Below are positions 25,801 to 44,877 of a DNA stretch of 64,000 bases, in pieces. The notes beneath the pieces were generated by a model that was not told the origin of the DNA, searched no databases, and worked only from the letters and a program-made list of their open reading frames with translations. The DNA is from Balanoglossus misakiensis (taxonomy: Eukaryota > Animalia > Hemichordata). The position numbers and the translations under genes were made by a program. Where the stretch lies: the NCBI GenBank assembly GCA_040954595.2, contig CM082579.2, forward strand, positions 6,871,625 to 6,935,624. Direction: 5' to 3'. Numbering within the stretch: the stretch's first letter is position 1; every line of letters begins with the position of its first letter.

Positions 25801-27450
25801 CGGGCTAGGCAAGACATTAGTGTCGCAGCACGCGGGGAATGGAACCGTCTTCCACGTTTGGTGCACGCACCGATGCCAGCTGCTGCACACCCTACGATCT
25901 GACGACGACTACCAAACCTGTCCACGTACGTCTCTTGGGCCATTCCTTGTACTTTCAAATGACTCTCGATACCTGTGCACCCCTTATAAGACTGAACACG
26001 TCATAGTTTGGAACTTGCAAACGGGCCAGCTGGCCCGTCGACTTCAAACAGAAGAAAAATGGCGACGGTTAAAATCCTGGGCGACTGTTGGCACAGATGG
26101 ATTGCTCGTAGGTTATGACAACGGCTTGCTCGGGCTTTGGGATCTTGCAGAGGGTAAGAGTTAAAATGAATTTTACTTAAACGTCTTAAGCGAAGATTCT
26201 CTGTATCAATGGGATTGGACTTGGACGGTGTGTGTGCGTGCGAGAGGGCGCTGTATTTTTGTGCTGTCAGCATCCGGCAGCATGATCAAAGGAAGCACAC
26301 ATTACGATTGAAGAATTTCTTAACTGTCTGCCGCCATCTTTCTAATATGTTGTCTCGTCTCCCCAGGGAGAGTCGTTCACGAGATGACAGACCACTCCTG
26401 CCCCGCCGCCATCATCAAGTCTTCCGAAGACGGCATCCGAGCATTATCAATGACTGAGTGTGCATCTTTCGACGCTGAGGAGAGGCAGATGATATTATGG
26501 GATCTGGAGAAAGGGTGTCAACTCGCCGCTTTCAAATTGGAATATACACCATGGAATACCTACAAGGTAGCATTTAATGTCCTTAATGGCCGTAGAAATC
26601 TTATAGGTACATGGTCACCTCAAATGTACATCCATGCATGTCCATGGCAAATAATGGCGTGTCTGAGTGTTCTAAAGAACATATGGTGGTGCTATATTTC
26701 GCGTGCGCCACCAACTGAAAATCTATGATTAGCTAGATCTCGCTTTGCCACAGAAACTGTAGCTAAATTTCCATAGGTGATCGTATACCTTTAAATAACT
26801 CAGATGGGTGCGACGTAGACTCTCTCACAGCCCCTCTCGTCGTCCATGCAGGCTTATGGACTGATTGCATGTTAGCTACACAACACCAGACGGTGCTTCT
26901 CCCTTGCCAAACGGTTGAGGGCGCATAGCGAACCGTGGGCTGTGAGAGAGTCTCGGTGCGACGTGACTTTTATAGGTTTCTCTTTCAGAGTGAAACTGTT
27001 CAACTGCTTCACAATGGCAATCTTATAGTCTTACCTGCTGATGCTATAGGCTCGCCCTTGACACTGAAACTACAAGGGAGGTATATTCCGTCATTTGAAA
27101 TACCCGTCAATTGGCCAACTCCATATGAAGTCATTGGTAAGTTATTCGCAACTGTTATATACGAGTTCATTTTCTTGGTGTGTGTTTTTTTGTGTTAGTG
27201 TTTCTTGGAGCATTAACTCACCTGCAACCTCACCATATACTAGTAGCGTTGAATTATAGTTAGGTTTGAAAGACAGTACTGCTTTGACTATCAGATTCAG
27301 GATTTTCTTCGTTTCGATTTTCTCTTCGCAGACGACGAAATATTGCTCGACTTTTCTCTTGCCCTTGGCAAACCACAAGGTAGTGTCGAAGAGGCGGTCG
27401 CCGCTGAAAACAGAAATCGCAACGACGAGATCAAAGATGGCGGCGAATAG
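16803..27450 (+). CDS. NWD1/NWD2-like STAND NTPase: DUF4062-like N-domain, NACHT, WD40 repeats; about 1732 aa, 18 exons
   Basis: Exons 16803-16858, 18109-18203, 18537-18736, 18841-18953, 19115-19320, 19483-19773, 20357-20574, 20864-21115, 21546-21758, 22264-22594, 22776-23078, 23198-23417, 23643-23793, 23960-24134, 24246-26153, 26367-26566, 26989-27136, 27332-27450; 5199 nt in frame. Motifs: RIFVCSTFEDLEFERNALAERVYPKLRAFC...FQAVDL, YKLDKNAIPPVYVLQ, Walker A GAGGVGKS, VRFLGTSPESS, Walker B LVICLDAL, GLTENELEDILSLDDDVL, RKLTELLYHL, and WD repeats (LTGH...DGKYLATGSLDGCINVW, DNVIRVWD, LLGLWD). Confidence 0.9.
22630..22712. repeat. (ATTGT)n(ATTGC)n pentanucleotide repeat, NWD intron
   Basis: Read directly. 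Confidence 0.92.
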
Positions 27451-28455
27451 GAATTTGAAATGGCTGCAGATTTACATGTATTACAGGCTATGCAGTACAA
27501 GCAATCCTTGTGATTCTAGACCGTCAACTCGGTTTTGGTTCTTGGAGGATTTACAAAGACAGAGGCAAAGTGGGTGGGAACGTCCCTAACACCTCCCCCC
27601 CCCCAAAAAAAAAGACTATCCCATGAACTGATCTTCGTGATTGCAATCGCAATACAAGAGAACGAAGTGTGATATCACAGAGCCCCAGCCATATACAGTT
27701 TGTCCCAAACATTCACTTTCATTTCAAGAAGAGGGATAGGCGAAAATTGCCGTTGGGACTCTGTAATTGTAAAACAAACTGTGGGCTGTTGAAATGCAAG
27801 CTGAATGACCTAAAAAAGTACTTAAAACTTAAACCCATCACTTCGAATGTTGTTCTTCAATTTCTTGTCACAAATAAAGCCTGTCCTTGTTGAATGTACT
27901 TTGACGAAGGTCGACGGCTCTGTACTTTGATCTGTTTTCTAATTGCTATGCTTTGGAAACTCAAGTGTTTACTAGTATTTTGTCACGTACCGATAGGCAT
28001 GTCCTTGTTGGATTTACTTTGATGAAGGTCGGTTCTGTACTTTGCATTATTCTGTAAACGTTCAACCCGAATTTGTAAACATTTTGAAAAGTTGAGCATT
28101 CTCTCCAGACCTGATGACTTTTGCTCTACTGGCTCTGCTTCAATGATAACCTTTATGCAATCATTGGCTCCGCAATCATTTTGATAAATGTTCAGTCCGT
28201 ACTCGTCCTGGTCAATCGGAACTGTCTTAGTTGTAGAGTAGAATAGGTTATGCAAACCCGACAGTCCATAATCAACATATATCATGATGTATTGCTGCGG
28301 ACCACATTAATTCTATTGGATACATTGCATGCATCGAAGATTATGTCACCTGATCAAATCAGTTGAGTAGTCAGTGGTGTGCCTCATAATATATAGGATC
28401 GACCACTGCGTAGTGTACATAAGCTCGCCAACGGATCTGTTTGTATCTCGTCAAG

Positions 28456-29355
28456 ATGAAACGCACTGTCTTGTTGACGCTCACACTTCTGTCTCTGGCT
28501 GTGTTTTCCCGGACTGAAGACAATCTCCAAGATTCGCCGGAAATGCGTAAAAGCTACCTGCACAAGTTGGTTGGGAAAAGTCAGGTAAATAAGTTGTTGA
28601 GTAAGATTCATTTAACACGAACCAAGTCGTTTCAACACATGCTGCTAAACTGGATTTTTTATAAATGTTTTGTTTTATTTGTCATTGGTAATGTGCATAT
28701 CATGTACATACACACGAACACACAGATAGACGGTTTGGTGGGTGGACAGTTTATTTATGTCCCCTTTTCATATTTCAGGCAAGAAGCAGACGCGATTTAG
28801 GTGAGTTATAAGTTGGACTGCCTTGAGTACATCAGTATACTTACATTAATTCATTATTAACCCTCAGAATGAAGACAGAGTGAAGGATGAACAGAGATAC
28901 TCATGAAAACTTGCCGCTGCGATGCCTGACTTTGTCAAAGGCATTGCCAGTACCGTCATAGACCACCACAATCTGTGGCATATTGCGCCCAAAAGATATA
29001 CCTATTGTAAATTAACAAAATCCATCCCTGTGTATATAACTTCTGAGGGCCATGTATCAGTCGATATGCATAACAAATGTATACATTAGTATACCTTTGA
29101 CAAGACGCTTTCTCCAAACCCACCTGTATACCCATGGTCAATCCTTTCAGAAAGCTACTCACTCACGTCAGCATTCCGATAACGAACCAAGGGGTTAATT
29201 AAATGTTTGACACATCCTAGTTATTTTTTGATAATAATCTCACAACATGTCATGTTCTTGTTTAAGCTGTTTGCGGCAGATGCAATGACGTCCTTCTGAA
29301 CAGACTGTGCTGTATACTTGGCCATTTTAGTCCATGTTGCGAAACAAGTGATTAA
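28456..29355 (+). CDS. Putative secreted 79-aa prepropeptide (signal peptide, pro region, furin site RSRR, 31-aa 6-Cys peptide), 3 exons
   Basis: Exons 28456-28584 (MKRTVLLTLTLLSLAVFSRTEDNLQDSPEMRKSYLHKLVGKSQ, donor CAG/GTAAAT), 28779-28800 (ARSRRDL; acceptor TATTTCAG, donor G/GTGAGT) and 29267-29355 (AVCGRCNDVLLNRLCCILGHFSPCCETSD*; acceptor TTCTTGTTTAAG). 240 nt in frame. TATATA at 28390-28395 and AATAAA at 29950-29955. Confidence 0.75.
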
Positions 29356-30612
29356 GAAGCAACAAAACATTTGTGTGCATGCAGGTTATGGTAAGTCCAT
29401 TATACTGGTGATTTAATCTCAATACCTAGTATGTACCCAACATGAAGGGACACGCATGCCTTTCAAACAGCATTAGAAATGTAGGGTGCCTTTACAGGGT
29501 GGCTGTCGTCCGTTCTGCGGCGCACCAATCACAGCGCGCGTTACATACACACAATAATCACTGTATGTATGTGTGCTTCATGAAGTTACACTCCTCTATT
29601 CATCACGTAGTCATCCATCGCACCCCTTTTTATCGCCAACTTTCACACCTGGTACTTCATTTGCATCAAAATGCTTTTTTTCACGTGTTTTTCGCCCAAT
29701 TAACAAAGGTATATATTACGTATCATATTACGCGCAGCTGCGCTGCCTTTGAACTCGTAAACAGCTGCACTTCCATAAACTATTTGGCACTCCCTTTCCG
29801 TGATTTGTTTTTCATCCGAGACTTATCTGTTGTTGAAGTATGTTACTGCAAAATGCTAATGAGTGCTATTGGGGCGCTACTTCTGTGGTGACGGAATCGA
29901 CGATCATCAACACACACGTATATGAACACCTTTCCAATAACCATAGAACAATAAACACACTGTTTTCATTTGTAACTTTCTCGTAGGTGAACAAGTGTTC
30001 CTGAGGACGCCTACCAGAGGAAGAAATGAACACATGCAAATTTCTCAGCAAACGCTCTTATCCATCAGCGAAAAATTACATACATATATTCTACGTACTG
30101 TTAAAGATGAGACATTTTAAAAGAGGGAATTGAAACTCGCAGTATACGTTTTGTAGTTTGAATAAATGAAAATTTACGCATGAAGTTTCCTTTCATTTAT
30201 TATTTGTGTTTTTTTTAAATATATTTTTCGAATACATTCCTTGGAAGAATGTGAACGAGGATATATGCCCTGTATTACGTTTTCATATTTCATATTTTCG
30301 AGAATGTGAGCCTTAAAAGTGAAATTTCTTTTTTCAACATCGTCAAATGTTAGATTTGATTAAGCTTGTTAGATTAGCTTAAAAGTTGAGTTCTCCATTG
30401 CCAACAGGAATAATTTGAAGAAGCTCGTATATAAGGATTAGAATCGAGCGTTATTACATCGGGCATATTCCACTTCGCAAACTTATGATAAGTGTCGACG
30501 CAAAAATATGTTCCCCCAATAGGATCGTCAGTGAGACCAACACTTCCTAGAGTATAGCTTAATTATTAACCCATCGGCTGGTTAATATTTTACACGAGAA
30601 AGTCAAACAAAA

Positions 30613-34360
<3,748 letters not shown>

Positions 34361-34721
34361 TGCATCCATGGTCTAAAGCCACGTCGATTTATATTTACGT
34401 TATTTATATCATTTTCTTTACTGTTTAGCATAGCGGTAACCTTGGACGAGGCTGCAACAATAGATACCGTTTTGATTTGTGGAAATGGTGCTTTTTATAT
34501 TTTGACGTTTTTATGTGGTTATCGTTTGCGTTTCTTTCGCCTATAGTGGGATAGTCAGAAACCATTATGGAGAGCTGCTTGGTTGAACCATAGACCCTTT
34601 TTGGTTTATAAATCCTTATCCATGGCAGTTGGATTCCAATCTCAAACATAAACCGATAATAAAGTTTCAAAGAGTTAATGAGACTGAAGAAAAGTCTAAA
34701 CAAAATCTGGATGTGTATACT

Positions 34722-34793
34722 GGCTTGTTGGTCTAGTGGTACGATTCCTGTTTCGGGTACAGGAGGTCCCGGGTTCGAACCCCGGACAAGCCC
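34722..34793 (+). tRNA. tRNA-Pro (anticodon CGG), copy 1
   Basis: 72-nt cloverleaf: acceptor GGCTTGT/ACAAGCC, anticodon arm CCTGT-TT CGG GT-ACAGG, T arm CCGGG-TTCGAAC-CCCGG. A and B boxes present; T-run terminator just downstream. Confidence 0.95.
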
Positions 34794-35130
34794 CATATTT
34801 TTGCTAGATTTGGTCAGATGGGAACTTGTTCAAAATAATGAGCCTTGGTCAGAAATAAAAAAGCTCCCCATTCAAGATGTTGTTGAATGATATTTAGATT
34901 AGACGTGTTTATTTTTTTAAATATTAAAATGCATTCCTTGAAAGCATATTTTTAACTCACTTTTTACCTTAGATCTGCCTTTAGTGTTAGTTCAAATCAA
35001 TTGATTGTCCCCAAGCTGGATTTCAAGGTGTTTGATTTCTTAACTCTTTTCTTAAGTCAGCATTTACAGTGTGCAAGATACCCGATAGAGTGAAAAGGTT
35101 ACAAATCTTAGGGTAGAAGATCTTCATGTC

Positions 35131-35202
35131 GGCTTGTTGGTCTAGTGGTACGATTCCTGTTTCGGGTACAGGAGGTCCCGGGTTCAAACCCCGGACAAGC
35201 CC
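35131..35202 (+). tRNA. tRNA-Pro (CGG), copy 2
   Basis: Same body as copy 1 with T-loop TTCAAAC; followed by CATACTTTT. Confidence 0.95.
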
Positions 35203-35452
35203 CATACTTTTGCTATATTTTATCATATTAAACACGAACGGTGTGAAGATATTTTCAAGAAGTGTCTTTCTGGTGAAAAAAAAAAACACAAAGAGGTCCT
35301 ATAAATTCAACGTTTAACTCAATTAAATGGTAATTATTACATGTAAATTATTTTTTACAGCACCTCTTCACATTTTGTGTATGGAACCAATTGTTTTAAC
35401 GAAGACATTAGTGCCAAGGTAAAAGAAGTTGGGAAAACCGTTCGTTCATGTC

Positions 35453-35524
35453 GGCTTGTTGGTCTAGTGGTACGATTCCTGTTTCGGGTACAGGAGGTCC
35501 CGGGTTCGAACCCCGGACAAGCCC
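35453..35524 (+). tRNA. tRNA-Pro (CGG), copy 3
   Basis: Identical to copy 1; followed by CTGTATTTTTT. Confidence 0.95.
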
Positions 35525-36746
35525 CTGTATTTTTTGCATCTCCTCAGCGAAGTATTCAATCGTTGTCTTGGTGAACATTGTATACAATGCACCTTCTCAA
35601 AAACTGCAGAATGCATTTTAGGAATGGATAAATACCAAACAAATCGCGCGTCTATACATGGCGAAAATAGGTTTTCCTGGAAAAAGTAATCTCAAAGCTG
35701 GCACATTATGTAAAATCAGTTGGACGAGAACTTTCGCCGTCGTGGGCGCTCATTGCGCTCCCCGTCCATACATTTACTATTCTGAACAATTTCAATTGAC
35801 GGAAATAGGCCTATATTTATTCTTTTCAACCAAATTTTTAATCATGGAAATGTGGTCTTCATATATCATTTACTTTAGGTCTGTGCGTTGCCTCTTATTG
35901 CCAAGGGTCCGGCCGGGACTACATGTATTTTTCTAAATACTGTTTGAAACCCATACATCATTACATGTTGGCCGAAGGGGTAAATTCATTTAGGCCTAGG
36001 CCTATACATTGCGGATGAACCGAAATCAAATGTATACGCCTAGCCTACATGATTCAGCACCCGTTACAATAATTGTGGCTTGGGGTATGTTGATTCCTCC
36101 TGTCCTTGGGGGAATCAGCATACTATACCCCAACGGTACAGCTGCGATTCCACAGCTATCTAAAACCTGACCTTCGTGGATTTGTTTTTCACTTTTCCTC
36201 GCTCACACCATGGACTGTGCTCACACTAGTGGAAAAGGCGAACGGGGTTATAATATAGGCCTGGTCGTCGAATACATCGAGCATATCAATCGCCTGTGTA
36301 CAATAGTCAATGTATGGCTATGGTATCATAAAGTTCGTGCACTACGAGGAGAGCATTAGCTAGTGAAGTAACATTGCTCAACACAGTCGCGTAGCAGGGC
36401 GAATAAACTCAGGAACGTTCCAATTTTCACTGGTGTCACCCACGTTATGTAGCTCTGCGTACAGGTATGTGTGTGTAACATGTATAACGCCGGGAACACA
36501 CAGACCTCTACGTAGAGCTACCGAGTTACGCAACTGCATTCGAAAGGCGGTGCGGACACCGCACGTGTACACGTTCTTAGTAAAGACAGCCAAATGCACA
36601 TAACCATTTTAGAAATCGTTTTAAAAACATTTGATATTACAAAACGGTGAAAACAGATGATCACTCACGTCAACGTCCGCCATCCAGTGCGTGAGATTGC
36701 GCATTGAGAGGTTAGGGTCATTATTTTCCCACACAGCATTCACGTT

Positions 36747-36818
36747 GGCTTGTTGGTCTAGTGGTACGATTCCTGTTTCGGGTACAGGAGGTCCCGGGTT
36801 CGAATCCCGGACAAGCCC
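36747..36818 (+). tRNA. tRNA-Pro (CGG), copy 4
   Basis: Same body with T-loop TTCGAAT; followed by CAGATTTTTT. Confidence 0.95.
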
Positions 36819-37348
36819 CAGATTTTTTTACCATTTGAAACGCATATGTCGCGATGTGTATTACATCATAAAACAGATGTTCAGACTGATAATTTTATTA
36901 ACACCTTTCTATAACAGGCGCTTTCAAGCAATTTGTCTGTTGTCTCACTGTGGCATGCCGGAAGTTATTGATTGCACAATAGAGACTGCAGAAATCATAC
37001 AGCTTACATTTCCTAAGCCCTTTGTGCCTATTATACAACCTTACCAGTCACTGCACATGAAGAGACAACACATATGCTCATCTATATCTATACCTAACAC
37101 TTTCAAAATGCGCACTTGGTGTGGTCACAAGTTTCATAAACAGTGCACAGAATTCATTGTCCCCGAATCAAACGTGGAATTTTATTGAGCACATATGGAA
37201 ATGTGGAGAACATTCCTTCACGCATAAATCTCTAAAGAAAACTTCAAAAACTCCAATGCAAATGGACTCTGAGGTTTTGCGTCTCATCTCCGTTGTTCAG
37301 AGGAACAGAAGATGGGATTGGCGATGTTGCAATTTCCAGTATTGTCAT

Positions 37349-41239
<3,891 letters not shown>

Positions 41240-41785
41240 GTTTCTTTTCTTTCGCACCGTTTTACGACATATAGTTTGTGTTGTTTGAAAATTCAGCCTA
41301 TATACCTTTTTACGTCACGCGATAATTTACGACACCAACCCGTGTTTTATAATTTCCAATTTTTAACAGATTGGAAATGTGTCTTCACTCATAAAAATGT
41401 TTGTTTTTTCTTCTTTAAAAATGCACTAACGTTATAAAGATGTCATTACATATTTTGCAACAAAATAAATCAAACGAGGAACGAAAATATTGTAATTTGC
41501 ATGTGACCTTCATTGACCGAGCTGGCCTGCAGGAAGCGGGAATATCGCACGTGCACTAGTGACCTGGTGACGCTTCCGTATTGGTACGCCCCTTTCCGAT
41601 TTAAAACGATCCGATCTGAAGTGCCGGTGCCGTAATCAGACAGCCTGTTGTCTGTGCAACCAGGATCGTTGGCCTGATTGACGATAAAGACTGATAGCTG
41701 ACGCGATCGATCGACGATCTTTCTGACCGATCTTCCACTGATAGAAGCCTCTACTGGTAAATCAACACAAGTGAAGGTGATAACA
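41240..41785. promoter_or_regulatory. Probable bidirectional promoter between CLPB and GNPDA
   Basis: Divergent start codons only about 550 bp apart. The interval contains ETS-like GGAAGCGG/GCTTCCG, E-box CACGTG (about 41548), inverted CCAAT (ATTGG, about 41580) and CRE-like ACGTCA (about 41312). The motif roles are inferred. Confidence 0.55.
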
Positions 41786-44210
41786 ATGCGGCTTGTGATT
41801 TTAGAGAAATACGACGATGCCAGTGAATGGGCGGCAAAATACGTGAGAAACAGAATACTGAAGTTCAACCCTGGTCCGGATAAGTACTTTACACTGGGAC
41901 TGCCCACAGGTAATGTTTGAAACCAAAGCCAAAGCAAAGGCCAGCGAAAGACCTTGAATACAAACGTGATTTTTTTGTCGATTTCCATTATGATTTGCAG
42001 AGAAATCGAATCCACGCAGGCACAGTGAGTCCTTCACACAGTCCTTGGAACGTGTGTGATAGTCCCGGTATCTAACCGCCTGTGTTGTCTGCTTTTTATT
42101 TCCGCCAACAACGTCTAAGAACGAGCTAGCTGCAATGGTTGTAGTTGTACACTCATTGCAAGTAAATTAGCCTGATTGTAACCCGTTGCTGGGGTCAATC
42201 GCATAAATCTGAACGATGTTGATTGCATATACATGTATACTGGCTATGCAATATCTTATCACAAACGCACCAATGAAAAGACAATTAGAACTGCTCAAAT
42301 GAAGTGTTATAGTACTTGACACAGCACAAACATTGATTGTAGCAGTTATCTATGAATGAAACCCAACAAAGGGTACTATTTTTGAAATGGTAACAGCTGT
42401 TGATACATATCAGATCTAACGTAGAGATCTGCCTATTAATATTATAACATAACAGCGTATTAGTACAGTCATGTCACTGTGGTGCTGATTTACATTACAT
42501 TTACATGTACATGTACATGTACAGTGTATCTTGGTAGAATTAATTATCATACAGAAACTATCACAATTCAGTCCAAACCCATTGTTTTCTATGGTCAACT
42601 TAGATTGGAATGAAATTTCAGTAAAGTATCCCCCGAAAACAATGTGTGAATAATGAACAGAGAGAATGGATGTTCCCTTCATGTTCAAAGTGACTTCTTC
42701 TGCTGTACAGGATCCACACCAAGAGGAATGTACAAGAAATTGGTGGAATTTCACAAAAAGGGAGAGCTATCGTTTAAGTATGTCAAGACTTTCAACATGG
42801 ATGAGTATGTCGGTGAGTATACGGCTGCCCTCACTATAAAAACCACATTTGAGATTCTCAACATAGCGCGAAAATAGTTCAAAACGAGTTTGAGGGTGAA
42901 CGGTGGTGGGTTATTTGCTGAGTGATAGTGATATACCTTGAGGTGTTCTTCACTGCCATCTTCTTGAATTGTAGGTCTACCACGAGATCACCCTGAGAGC
43001 TACCACACTTACATGTGGGATTATTTCTTCAAACACATCGACATCGTGCCGGAGAACGTCCATATATTGGACGGCAATGCTGAGGATCTCCAGGAAGAAT
43101 GTGACGACTTTGAGAAAAAGATCACCGAGGCCGGTGGAGTGGAGTTGTTTGTTGGTGGTAAGTTGAAGGTGACAGTCAGTGTGCGTGTACTGAGATTGGT
43201 TGATTGCTGAAAGGTTTCAAATACTAGTAGGCCACTTTTGTGACCCCTGAGTGACCTTACATCCTGGTATTTCGTTGGCGTGACAACTCCTATTGCCGTC
43301 CCCTCCCCCCCCCCCAAGCATTTCAGTATGTATATTTTACCATTTTACCACTAACCATTTATGTGTTATATTGAATATCCAGGCATTGGTCCGGACGGCC
43401 ATATTGCATTCAACGAACCAGGGTCCAGTCTTGTTTCTAGGACACGTGTGAAAACCCTGGCGCAGGACACCATTGAAGCCAACGCAAGATTCTTCAATGG
43501 AGACATTTCTAAGGTTCCCACGATGGCTCTCACCGTCGGTGTTGGAACCGTCATGGATGCCAGGGAGGTGAGTGGCGATGTTGGGCGTCATTTCTGGAAT
43601 TTAACCCTTTCACCCCCATTTCCCACTCGAGAGGTCCAAATTTACTGTATAGAAAACAGTGGGTTTGGACTGAACCATGGTGGTGAAAGGGTTGAGGAAT
43701 CTCAGTGATGGGTACCGGGTACATTGTAGTTGGTTTCGTAATGGATAACATTGTCCTTCGTGTTTGAGAACATTTACCATGCACCCTGGGTGACTGAGTT
43801 TAGGTATAATACTGATGATCATTCTTACAGTGGTGTTATAACTTCGCGTGAATAATTTTACGCGATATGAAAAATAAATAAGTTACGTGATCTTAAATTT
43901 GCACATTTGAAAAATATTAAAATGATGAGGTCCACAATATTTTTGGTAACAGGTCATGATAATTATAACTGGTGCTCACAAGGCCTTTGCACTCTACAAG
44001 GCCATCGAAGAGGGCGTCTGTCACATGTGGACTGTCTCCGCGTTCCAACAACATCCGCGGAGCACGTTTGTCTGCGACGAGGACGCCACGCTGGAACTGC
44101 GCGTGAAAACCGTCAAGTACTTTCAGAGTCTGATGTACGTTCACAACAAACTTGTGGCCGATATCGAAGATAACCCCAAGGCAAAGAAGCAAAGGATTTC
44201 TCAGGATTAG
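41786..44210 (+). CDS. GNPDA: Glucosamine-6-phosphate deaminase (isomerase), about 283 aa, 5 coding exons
   Basis: Exons 41786-41909, 42711-42812, 42975-43157, 43383-43567, 43953-44210; 852 nt in frame. Motifs: [87 protein letters not shown]. Confidence 0.97.
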
Positions 44211-44877
44211 AAAGAAAAAAAAAGTCAGCTTTTTTCAGCCGTGGGGTAAAGATACGATATTGCCAGACGCGCGCACTACACGTTGTAGAAAGGGAGATTC
44301 TATTGGAAACTTCAGTAGTACGTGCTTTCTTTGCTCATTATAGTCTCTGATGTCAGACTCAGTACTTATACATAGTCTACTTGCCCCCAGTATGTACATG
44401 GCACCTTGTGTTAATAGCCAAGGTGCCAGTCTGTGGATATAAAATTACAGAGCAGATGAATAAATTTCATCTGGTTTGTTATCTGTCTACCCCAGTATTT
44501 TGTAATCATTTGCATGTGGAACTTGAATAGTGTTTGAAATACAGGTGGTGTGGTTTGACAGCCAATAGTGGCTATTGTCTTATGAAGCGTGTAATATACC
44601 ATGTAATAAGTGGTAGGTTTTCTGTCATATAACTTCTGCCATGTAACCAAAGTACAGGAGATTGTTACTCTTCACTGATTTAAAGTTGCATGTGTAGCTT
44701 GGTGATCCATTTTTCTTGGTAATGAACTGAAATAATTTGGGAGATGAACTTTTTTGCGGAGTGATGATGTGTAACGATAACTTGGATTAAAAAGAAAATT
44801 GACAACTAGTTTTACAATATATGTATATGTATTGCATATGTGTGGGGGGAGGATTATAAGAGCAGTATGTTTGGTTG

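Noticed and set aside
28868-28960. Alternative third exon for the peptide gene after the acceptor CCCTCAG
   Set aside because: In the required phase it gives Glu then an immediate stop. The exon at 29267 gives a coherent 6-Cys peptide, though this acceptor cannot be excluded as a minor isoform.
34425-37188. ORFs sharing ACWSSGTIPVSGTGGPGF or GLVRGSNPGPPVPETG
   Set aside because: They are read-throughs of the tRNA-Pro genes.
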